A DNA stretch of 64,000 nucleotides from Eledone cirrhosa (Eukaryota), in assembly GCA_964016885.1 (NCBI GenBank), contig OZ024742.1, forward strand, positions 360,716,001 to 360,780,000, in the 5' to 3' direction. The notes below the pieces were generated by a model. It was not told where the DNA came from and ran no database searches. It was given only the letters and a program-made list of their open reading frames with translations. Position 1 is the first letter of the stretch, and every line of letters starts with the position of its first letter. A program made the position numbers and the translations under genes. Shown piece by piece: positions 22,036 to 32,758 of this stretch.

Positions 22036-22160
22036 TCATTTATTGGCCACAGGGGCTGACATGTAGGGGACAATACAAAGACCCAGACAGTGGAGGTTTA
22101 CAAGATTGAGTAAAAATGCACAATAGCAAAACCAATTTAACAATGAAAAAAAAAAAAAAT
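22036..22160 (-). mobile_element. Tx1-like 3'UTR remnant followed by (ATC/ATT)n
   Basis: Minus strand reads gtctttgtattgtcccct...cccctgtggccaataaatgaa, matching the Tx1 3' ends at 11095-11141. Confidence 0.65.
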
Positions 22161-22262
22161 AATTGTTTCTACTTTTGGCACAAGGCCAGCAATTATCCAG
22201 TGCATTACTGGTACTTTATTTTATCGACCCCGTAAGGATGAAAGGCAAAGTTAACCTCGGAA
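22160..22262 (-). mobile_element. SINE 3' half
   Basis: ggcacaaggccagcaatt...ctggtactttattttatcgaccccgtaaggatgaaaggcaaagttaacctcgg. Confidence 0.75.
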
Positions 22263-22277
22263 TAAAAAAAATAATGT

Positions 22278-22594
22278 GACCAAAAAATAGATACAAATAG
22301 ACCTGATATAATACCAAAGGACTTTAAACAGAGGGTATCCCTGCTAATTGATATGACTGTTTCTATAAACAAGTATGCATCTATAAAAACATTTGAAAAA
22401 TTGAGCAAATATAAAGACCTGGAAAAATGAGGAAGATTGGAAAAATGAGGAAGTTGAGAGCTAAAACAATACCAGTGGTTGTAGGTGCTCTAGGAATTAT
22501 ACCTAAGGGGTCTAATGATTACTTATCCCAGGAAACCCGCATATAGAAGAAATTGGGAACTGCCCATATACTAAGGAAGATTTTGTCAATATAA
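22278..22594 (+). mobile_element. R4/Dong-clade non-LTR 3' fragment (restriction-like endonuclease domain)
   Basis: NRPDII.KD......LLIDMTV......K.FEKLSKYKDLE...TIPVVVGALG...GTAHILRKILSI* is a PD-(D/E)xK RLE signature. The fragment is frameshifted. Confidence 0.8.
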
Positions 22595-23067
22595 ATACAT
22601 CACAAGTGTAAACATATAAAGTACTTGTGTGTGTAAAAGAAGATAAATGAAATGACAATAATTATGTTAACAGTAATAACACAACAAGCATAAACAGGCC
22701 ATTTTTCATTGTAAAGCAGGGTTAATTCTTGCAGGTCCATGACAAGGTTTACCATACATTTTGATGCAATGTTTTATAGCTAGCTGTCCTTCATGGTGCC
22801 AACCATTTTAAGTGGTTCTTAACAACATATATGAATACAATATCCCTTATTTAAACTGAATTGTAATATCATCATCTATTTATGGCTGTGTTTCCATGCT
22901 TACATGTGTTGGATAAGTCATTTGCAACACAGCTTCTTTTCCTCTACCCTACTGAGATCCCTCATCATCTCAGTCAGGTTCATCAATTTGATATCCCCTC
23001 TCACTAAATCTGCTCAAGTCTTCCTTGGTTTTCCTCTACTGCAGCTTCTTTCACCCAACAAGCATCA

Positions 23068-23182
23068 TCTAGATGTGGTGACCATGTAGACATGTGGTGA
23101 CCATGTAGACATGTGGTCACCATGTAGACAGATGTGGTCACCATGCAGACATGTGGTGACCATGGAGACAGATGTGGTGACT
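23068..23182. repeat. ~19-bp quasi-palindromic minisatellite, ~6 copies
   Basis: tagacatgtggtgaccatg tandem. Confidence 0.85.
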
Positions 23183-23248
23183 GAAATATGTTGATATTTG
23201 AATAAAGAGGTAGATACATATAAATAGACATATCTATTATATTACTTC

Positions 23249-24062
23249 TCTGTCACAACACAACACTAGGTATATCTCACATCTGTCACAACACTAGGTA
23301 TGTCTCACATTTGTCACAACACTAGGTATGTCTCACATCTCTGTCACAACACTAGGTATGTCTCACATTTGTCACAACACTAGGTATGTCTCACATCTCT
23401 GTCACAACACTAGGTATATCTCACATCTGTCACAACACTAGGTATGTATCACATTTGTCACAACACTTGGTATGTCTCACATCTGTCACAACACTAGGTA
23501 TGTCTCACATCTCTGTCACAACACTAGGTATGTCTCACATCTCTGTCACAACACTAGGTATGTCTCACATTTGTCACAACACTAGGTATGTCTCACATCT
23601 GTCACAACACTTGGTATGTCTCACATTTCTGTCACAACACTAGGTATGTCTCACATCTCTGTCACAACACTAGGTATGTCTCACATCTCTGTCACAACAC
23701 TAGGTATGTCTCACATCTGTCACAACACTAGGTATATCTCACATCTGTCACAACACTAGGTATGTCTCACATCTGTCACAACACTTGGTATGTCTCACAT
23801 CTCTGTCACAACACTAGGTATGTCTCACATCTGTCACAACACTAGGTATATCTCACATCTGTCACAACACTAGGTATGTCTCACATCTGTCACAACACTA
23901 GGTATGTCTCACATCTCTGTCACAACACTAGGTATGTCTCACATCTCTGTCACAACACTAGGTATGTCTCACATCTGTCACAACACTAGGTATGTCTCAC
24001 ATCTGTCACAACACTAGGTATGTCTCACATCTGTCACAACACTAGATGTGTCTCACATCTCT
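23249..24062. repeat. 28/30-bp minisatellite, ~28 copies
   Basis: gtcacaacactaggtatgtctcacatct(ct) tandem. Confidence 0.95.
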
Positions 24063-24280
24063 ATGTCTCAAACACACTACTTCTCTCTCAATATAAACAC
24101 TGTTCCTGCAATGTTTCTTTATAAAAATGTTCCAATATCATGTGATAAAGTTTGTGTTTGGAAGATACAACACAGTTCTCTCCATTTATTTCTTACATTA
24201 CATTGATTTTCAAGCCTTAAACAGTTGTTTAAAAGACTATTCTTGGATCTTCTTGATCAGCTTCTGAATAAGCAAGTTTC

Positions 24281-24478
24281 TATGAAGGTCTGCTGAAAAG
24301 TTCATAGGCAGACCAAGATACTCTCATGGAATCACAAAATGAGGTTTTTTTTTCAACATAGTCTCTGGAAAGAAACAATGCATTTAATAGTAATAAGAAG
24401 AGTTGAAATTAATGCATACAAGATTTCACAGCTCTAACATCACTTATTCGTAGTCAGCCTGTGAACTTTTCAGAATAG
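24281..24478. mobile_element. Mariner-like MITE
   Basis: ctgaaaagttcataggcagac / gtcagcctgtgaacttttcag TIRs. Body shared with 18559-18704. Confidence 0.72.
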
Positions 24479-24609
24479 AATATTATACCCATCATCATCA
24501 TCATGAGCATCATAATTTTACATTTGGTGACATTTGTTGGAAGGGTTTCCAGTTTAAAACTTGAGGGGTCAGAGTAACCTGACTTTACTCACACATTTTA
24601 TATTTGACA

Positions 24610-25060
24610 GGTTTCTATAGCAACCACCATACAGAGTGTACTGGGTGCATTTTATCATGAGACCAGCGTTACCACCATACAGAGTGTACTGGGTGCAATT
24701 TATCATGAAACCAGCACTACCACCCTACAGAGTGTACTGGGTGCAATTTATCATGACACCACTACCACCATACAGAGTGTACTGGGTGCATTTTATCGTG
24801 GTACCACCACTACCACTTTACAGAGTGTACTGGGTGCAAGTTATAGCACCAGCACTACCACCATACAGAGTGTACTGGGTGCAATTTATTATAGCACCAG
24901 TATTACAGTATTACATTACAGAGTGTACTAGGTACATTTTATAATAGCACCAGCACTATCACTTTACAGAGTGTATTGGGTGCAATTTACCATAACACCA
25001 GCATTATCATTTCACAGAGTGTACTGGGTACATTTTATCATGGTTCCATCACTACCGCTT
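24610..25060 (-). repeat. ~45-48-bp minisatellite derived from the RTE 3'UTR repeat, ~9 copies
   Basis: Minus strand reads ...aaaatgcacccagtacactctgtatggtggt..., homologous to aaagcacccagcccacactgtaaagtgg in the RTE UTR. Confidence 0.8.
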
Positions 25061-25730
25061 TCCAGATTTGATAATGTTGTCATAATACTTTTTACATTGC
25101 TATAAACTTCATATATCTGTAATGACTACAGCACCGACAATATAGATATGATGCTTGAGTTACACTAATGCTCTATATGTAATAAATATGACAGTATTGT
25201 GGATACTAATATATTAATCATATGTAATAAACAGGATTTTATAACAAATGCTAATATATTTATTCTGTCAAATATAACTATTTCATCATATTTATTTGTA
25301 AGACATTCTTTATATAGTTTTATAACATTTTTACTTTTCCTATATTTGTATTCAGCCGAGCTGTTTTCAATCCAGGATGAAACCTCAGCGACTATGATGG
25401 TTTATATTCTATACAGTGCTTGCTTTCCCACTTTGCCAGTAATATAAATACTAGCAGAATACTGCCTGGAGGGCTGCGTCTATTAGTTTTGTTCTAATAG
25501 ATTATTTACTCTTCAAATGTCTCACTCCCATTCCCACTCCATTAGAACATTCAGTCTTTCTTTATTTCTTTTCCTTAATTCATGTTTCTCACTTCAGGGG
25601 TAGCTGTAATTTGGAGATTTTTTATTACCTGAATTATTCTAGGATGGAGTTGAATCTCTGTGCCAAATTTTGTGAAGATTTATTGAGATATTGCAACATT
25701 GTGTAAAAACAGACAAACTTTACCCTTATG

Positions 25731-26125
25731 TACTCTCGGGTCCTAAATAATAAAGGGGTAGGATTGGAATAAGTGGGGGGAGGGATTGGAAAATCAGTAA
25801 TTTTTCTAGGTTGTCTCTGTTGTTTTTTTAAAAACCAAAGTTAGTCATTTAGCTTACATCTTGAGATCCCAGTGCATCCTATTTTATAACATGGGAGTTC
25901 TAGTAATGTACTTTTTTTGTCATGTATAATGTTTTTTAATGAAAATTAAGAAAATTAATTATCACTGGAATGCTACCACTTAAAATAAAATTTTGTCAGA
26001 AATAGATTAGCAAAATGTAATAACCGGGGAGGGGACGTTTGAATAATAGGGGGGGGGGGGAGTGTGGAACAAATCTGAAAAATTAATAAGCGGGGGTGGA
26101 GGTGATTATTTGAAACCTAAGAGTA
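25731..26125. mobile_element. TA-flanked MITE (same family as 18185-18510)
   Basis: tactctcgggtcctaaataat / attatttgaaacctaagagta, plus shared internal blocks. Confidence 0.78.
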
Positions 26126-26317
26126 GGTCATTTGTTACTATTTAACTGTATCATAAAAACAATGTATCTTTATAATCATATTCTTTAATGGAATGGTTCT
26201 TTTATTTCATAACATTTTAATATTCCTTTTGTTTTCTATTATGTTTTTTATTCTTCAATTTTTAGTTTAAATATTGTTGTTACAATTTCACAAAATAAAT
26301 TACTGGTTTGTTAAAAA

Positions 26318-26320
<3 letters not shown>

Positions 26321-26356
<36 letters not shown>

Positions 26357-26367
26357 ATATATACACA
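26321..26367. repeat. (TA)n microsatellite
   Basis: atatatat run. Confidence 0.9.
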
Positions 26368-26821
26368 CCTCTCCAAGACAATGTCACTGGACCGAGATCT
26401 TTGGCGCTACACAGTAATACAGAAGACCTGCTTTGCCTAAGTACAAAGCGAACCCTACAGTCAGTAGGCACCTCTAACAAAACTACACCCCCGTCCCACT
26501 ACCCCTACCCCATCCACACCACCCCTGTCAATGTAAAGTTATGTTGGTACCACAGCATCCAGTCCGAAATAAATGAAGTTGTGTAGGTGTCACGACAAAA
26601 AACACACAGTCCACGCTGTTATGTGGCCGTGTAGGTAACATGGTAAAAACCTCCCAGTCCACAATGTAAACGAGGTTGGTGTTAGGAAGGGCATCCAGCC
26701 GTAGAAAACCCGCCAGACAGTCCTATACGAGCAAGACAACCAATCTTGCCTCAAGTGGGAAAATTCCCGTCCAAACCCATGCAAGCGTGGAAGATGGACG
26801 TTAAACGATGATGATGATGAT
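26368..26821 (+). mobile_element. RTE subfamily-B 5'-truncated copy (last codons + 3'UTR + (GAT)n tail)
   Basis: LSKTMSLDRDLWRYTVIQKT is homologous to 10065-10149. The UTR contains 2-3 copies of the 48-bp unit. Confidence 0.88.
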
Positions 26822-26974
26822 ACTGTAGTAAAAGTTAAGTGGAAATATCCAAGAGTATGAGCACTCAGTCCATAGAATGAGTTTAATATAAATAATTACA
26901 ACAGTGACATAAACAGGTACTCAATACTTAGGGTGTAGAGTGGGTAATAGGAAAAGAGTCAGGACCCCGACGGC

Positions 26975-27883
26975 TATAGTGAAGAATTTAGCGTGCATAT
27001 TGGTGTCCATCAGGGCTCTGTTTTTACCCTTCTTCTGTTTGTTATCATTCTGCCAGCAATAACGGAGGAGTTTAAGACCAGCTTCCCATGGGAACTTCTG
27101 TATGCTGATGGCCTAACCCTTATAGCCGAATCTATAGCTGAACTAGAGATGAAATTCCAAACCTAGAATCTAAAGGTTTTAAAGTCAACCTGGCAAAGAC
27201 TAAAGTCCTAGTAAGTAGAAAGGATAACAGGGCCCAGATATCCTCTGGGAAATGGCCCTGGTCAGTGTGCAGAAAAGGAGTAGGTAGAAATTCCATTTTA
27301 TGTACCAAATGCAAGCAATTGGTGCACAAGAGATGTAGTAGGATCTCAGACAGGCTAACAAAGAATGTAGGTTTTACTTGTGGCCAGTGCACAGGTGCAG
27401 TAAGTAACAAGAACCCTCAGGATACAACCACCTTCAAATGTTCAGAGGGCTCAGTTGAAGTGGTAGATAGTTTCCGTTACCTGGGTGACCAAATCAGTAG
27501 TGGGAGGAGGGTATTCTGAAAGCACAGTAACCAGAGTGAGATTGGGTTGGAGAAAGTTCAGGGAGCTACTACCGTTACTAACTACAAAAGGTTTTTCTCT
27601 CAAAATAAAAGGCAACTGTATGATGCATGTATACCAACAACAATGTTGCACAGCAGTGAGACCTGGGCACTGTGTGCTGAGGACCTGCGGAGATTGTAAA
27701 GAAATGAAGCCTCCATGCTTTGATGGATGTGCAATAGTAATATACGCGAACGGCAAAGTATAAATATACTGCGTCACAAATTAGGTTTAAGAGGGAACAG
27801 TTGTTGCATGCAGAAGAGATTGTGTTGGTATGGACATGTGATGTGTATGAAGGATAACAGCTGTATAATAAGGTGTAGAGCAC
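26975..27883 (+). pseudogene. RTE fragment (RT end, PHD-like finger, C-terminal domain), fused to the satellite
   Basis: GVHQGSV..LLF, PWELLYADG, CRKGVGRNSILCTKC..VHKRC..FTCGQC, FRYLGDQI, WYGHVM. Colinear with 9062-9983. Confidence 0.9.
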
Positions 27884-30800
27884 CCAGTCCACACAGTAAA
27901 GTGGTCATGTAGGTGTCACAACAAAAAGCACCCAATCCACGCTGTAAAGTTGTCATGTAGATGTCACAACAAAAGTGTCCAGTCCACACTGTAAAGTGAT
28001 CATGTAGGTGTCACAACAAAAAGCACCCAGCCCACACAGTAAAGTGGCCAATAAGGTGTCACAACAAAAAGCACCCAGTCCACACAGTAAAGTGGTCATG
28101 TAGGTGTCACAAAAAAAAAGCACCCAATCCATGCTATGAATTGTCATGTAGATGTCACAACAAAAGTGTCCAGTCCACACTGTAAAGTGCTCATGTAGGT
28201 GTCACAACAAAAATCACACAGTCCACACAGTAAAGTGGTCATGTAGGTGTCACAACAAAAAGCACCCAGCCCACACAGTAAAGTGGCCATGTAGGTGTCA
28301 CAACAAAAAGCACCCAGTCCACACAGTAAAGTGGTCATGTAGGTGTCACAAAAAAAAGCACCCAATCCACGCTGTAAATTGTCATGTAGATGTCACAACA
28401 AATGTGTCCAGTCTACACTGTAAAGAGGTCATGTAGGAGTCACAACAAAAGTGCCCAGTCCACACAGTAAAGTGGTCATGTAGGTGTCACAACAAAAAGC
28501 ACCCAGTCCACACAGTAAAGTGGTCATGTAGGTGTCACAAAAAAAAAGCACCCAATCCATGCTATGAATTGTCATGTAGATGTCACAACAAAAGTGTCCA
28601 GTCCACACTGTAAAGTGGTCATGTAGGTGTCACAACAAAAATCACACAGTCCACACAGTAAAGTGGTCATGTAGGTGTCACAACAAAAAGCACCCAATCC
28701 ACGCTGTAAAGTTGTCATGTAGATGTCACAACAAAAGTGTGCAGTCCACACTGTAAAGTGATCATGTAGGTGTCACAACAAAAAGCACCCAGCCCACACA
28801 GTAAAGTGGCCAATAAGGTGTCACAACAAAAAGCACCCAGTCCACACAGTAAAGTGGTCATGTAGGTGTCACAAAAAAAAAGCACCCAATCCATGCTATG
28901 AATTGTCATGTAGATGTCACAACAAAAGTGTCCAGTCCACACTGTAAAGTGCTCATGTAGGTGTCACAACAAAAATCACACAGTCCACACAGTAAAGTGG
29001 TCATGTAGGTGTCACAACAAAAAGCACCCAGCCCACACAGTAAAGTGGCCATGTAGGTGTCACAACAAAAAGCACCCAGTCCACACAGTAAAGTGGTCAT
29101 GTAGGTGTCACAAAAAAAAGCACCCAATCCACGCTGTAAATTGTCATGTAGATGTCACAACAAATGTGTCCAGTCTACACTGTAAAGAGGTCATGTAGGA
29201 GTCACAACAAAAGTGCCCAGTCCACACAGTAAAGTGGTCATGTAGGTGTCACAACAAAAAGCACCCAGTCCACACAGTAAAGTGGTCATGTAGGTGTCAC
29301 AAAAAAAAGCACCCAATCCACGCTGTAAATTGTCATGTAGATGTCACAACAAATGTGTCCAGTCTACACTGTAAAGAGGTCATGTAGGAGTCACAACAAA
29401 AGTGCCCAGTCCACACAGTAAAGTGGTCATGTAGGTGTCACAACAAAAAGAACCCAGTACACACTCTAAAGTGGTCATGTAGGTGTCACAACAAAAAGTG
29501 CCCAGTCCAAACAGTAAAGTGGTCATGTAGGTGTCACAACAAAAAGCACCCAGTACTCACTGTGAAGAGGTCATGAAGGTGTCACAACAAAAGTGCCCAG
29601 TACACACTGTAAAGTGGTCATGTAGGTGTCATGACAAAAGTGCCCAGTCCACACTGTAAAGTGGTCATGTAGGTGTCACGACAAAAGTGCTCAGTACAGA
29701 CTGTAAAGTGGTCATGTAGGTGTCGCAACAAAAGTTCCCAGTCACCACAGTAAAGTGGTCATGTAGGTGTCACAATAAAATGTGCCCGACCACACAGTAA
29801 AATGGTCATGTAGGTGTCACAACAAAAACCACCCAGTCCACACAGTAAAGTGGTCATGTAGGTGTCACAACAAAAAGCACCCAGTCCACACAGTAAAGTG
29901 GTCATGTAGGTGTCACAACAAAAAGCACCCAGTCCACACAGTAAAGTGGCCAATAAGGTGTCACAACAAAAAGCACCCAGTCCACACAGTAAAGTGGTCA
30001 TGTAGGTGTCACCACAAAAAGCACCCAGTACACTGTAAGGTGGTCATGTAGGTGTCACAACAAAAAGTGCCCAGTCCACACAGTAAAGTGGTCATGTGGG
30101 TGTCACAACAAAAAGCACCCAGTACTCACTGTAAAGTGGCCATGTATGTGACAACAGAAAGTACCCAGTCCATACTGGAAAGTGGTCATGTAGGTGTCAC
30201 ATCAACCCCTCCCCCGTCCACACTGTAAAGTGGTCATGTAGGTGTCACAACAAAAGCCCCCAGTCCACGCTGTAAAGAGGTTATGTAGGTGACACAACAA
30301 AAGTGCCCAGTACACACTGTAAAGAGGTCATGTAGGTGTCACAACCAAAGTGCCCAGTCCACACTGTAAATAGGTCATGTAGGTGTCAACAAAAGTGCCC
30401 AGTCCACACAGTAAACAGGTCATGTAGGTGTCACAACAAAAGTGCCCAGTACACACTGTAAAGAGGTCATGTAGGTGTCACAACAAAAGTGCCCAGTCCA
30501 CACAGTAAAGAGGTCATGTAGGTGTCACAACAAAAGTGCCCAGTACACACTGTAAAGAGGTCATGATGTAGTTGTCACAACAAAAGTGCCCAGTCCACAC
30601 AGTAAAGAGGTCATGTAGGTGTCACAACAAAAGTGCGCAGTACACACTGTAAAGAGGTCATGTAGGTGTCACAACAAAAGTGCCCAGTACACTGTAAAGA
30701 GGTCATGTAGGTGTCACAAAAGTGCCCAGTCCACACAGTAAAGAGGTCATGTAGGTGTCACAACAAAAGTGCCTAGTACACACTAAAGAGTTCATGTAGT

Positions 30801-32233
30801 TGTCACAACAAAAGCACCCAGTCCACACAGTAAAGAGGTCATGTAGGTGTCACAACAAAAGTGCCCAGTACACACTGTAAAGAGGTCATGTAGGTGTCAC
30901 AACAAAAGTGCGCAGTACACTGTAAAGGGGTCATGTAGGTGTCACAACAAAAGTGCCCAGTACACACTGTAAAGAGGTCATGTAGGTGTCACAACAAAAG
31001 TGCCCAGTACACACAGTAAAGAGGTCATGTAGGTGTCACAACAAAAGTGCCCAGTCCACACTGTAAAGAGGTCATGTAGGTGTCACAACAAAAGTGCCCA
31101 GTACACACAGTAATGAGATCATGTACGTGTCACAACAAAAGTGCCCAGTCCACACTGTAAAGAGGTCATGTAGGTGTCACAACAAAAGTGCCCAGTACAC
31201 TGTAAAGAGGTCATGTAGGTGTCACAACAAAAGTGCCCAGTACACACTGTAAAGAGGTCATGTAGGTGTCACAACAAAAGTGCCCAGTACACTGTAAAGA
31301 GGTCATGTAGGTGTCACGACAAAAGTGCCCAGTACACTGTAAAGAGGTCATGTAGGTGTCACAACAAAAGTGCCCAGTACACACTATAAAGAGGTCATGT
31401 AGGTGTCACAAAAGTGCCCAGTCCACACTGTAAAGAGGTCATGTAGGTGTCACAACAAAAGTGCCCAGTACACACAGTAAAGAGGTCATGTAGGTGTCAC
31501 AACAAAAGTGCCCAGTACACACTGTAAAGAGGTCATGTAGGTGTCACAACAAAAGTGCCCAGTACACACAGTAAAGAGGTCATGTAGGTGTTACAACAAA
31601 AGTGCCCAGTACACACTGTAAAGAGGTCATGTAGGTGTCACAACAAAAGTGCCCAGTACACACAGTAAAGAGGTCATGTAGGTGTCACAACAGAAGTGCC
31701 CAGTACATACTGTAAAGAGGTCATGTAGGTGTCACAACAAAAGTGCCCAGTACACACAGTAAAGAGATCATGTAGGTGTCACAACAAGAGTGCCCAGTAC
31801 ACACATTAAAGAGGTCATGTAGGTGTCACAACAAAAGTGCCCAGTCCACACTGTAAAGAGGTCATGTAGGTGTCACAACAAAAGTGCCCAGTACACACAG
31901 TAAAGCGGTCATGTAGGTGTCACAACAAAAGTGCCCAGTACACACTGTAAAGAGGTCATGTAGTTGTCACAACAAAAGTGCCCAGTCCACACTGTAAAGA
32001 GGTCATGTAGGTGTCACAACAAAAGTACCCAGTCCACACTGTAAAGAGGTCATGTAGGTGTCACAACAAAAGTGCCCAGTCCACACTGTAAAGAGGTCAT
32101 GTAGTTGTCACAACAAAAGTGCCCAGTCCACACTGTAAAGAGGTCATGTAGGTGTCACAACAAAAGTACCCAGTCCACACTGTAAAGAGGTCATGTAGGT
32201 GTCACAACAAAAGTACCCAGTCCACACTGTAAT
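27879..32233 (+). repeat. 47/48-bp satellite array (~90 units) derived from the RTE 3'UTR, with a 762-bp HOR
   Basis: gtgtcacaacaaaaagcacccagtccacacagtaaagtggtcatgtag grades into gtgtcacaacaaaagtgcccagtacacactgtaaagaggtcatgtag. Identical ORFs at 28144/28906 are 762 bp apart. Confidence 0.95.
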
Positions 32234-32562
32234 GTGTTCATAACCACTTTACAACATCAACCGGCTGGTTTTGCGTCATATCAAAGAAATGAAACACTTT
32301 TAGTCCTGTAGAAGCCATTTCTATATTAAACTTGATGTTTACACTCTCCTAATGTATTGAGTACCTAACTGTGTTGTACACCCGAACCTGGGACTCACAC
32401 ACATTTCTATACATATGTGTGTATATATAACTTAAAGAACTGCTATGAAGTTCCTCATTGGTTGTTATATAATATGGGAGTTTGTGCCAAAGAATGTTGA
32501 ACAAGAAAGAGGTGTTAGTCTCAAATTTCACTAGTTTTCTTGTTTTCTTTACTGATGGCAAT

Positions 32563-32670
32563 CACTATCACCATCATCACCTTCTTCATCATCACCGGCA
32601 TCTTCACCATCAGCTTCACCATAATCATCGCGTTCTTCACCATCACCACCACCATCATCAGCACCACCAC
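32563..32670. repeat. (CAT/CAC)n low-complexity tract
   Basis: catcaccatcatcac runs. Confidence 0.85.
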
Positions 32671-32758
32671 TATTTACGTCCAACTTCCCCACACTATTTA
32701 TTTCTCTTCCAGTGTATTTTAAGTTTTCTATTTATCTTAATGTGTGCTGTGGATTTAA

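Noticed and set aside
27879-32233. CRISPR or guide array next to a reverse transcriptase
   Set aside because: Units are head-to-tail with no unique spacers, and the array is explained as an expanded RTE 3'UTR repeat. The adjacent RT is a dead fragment.
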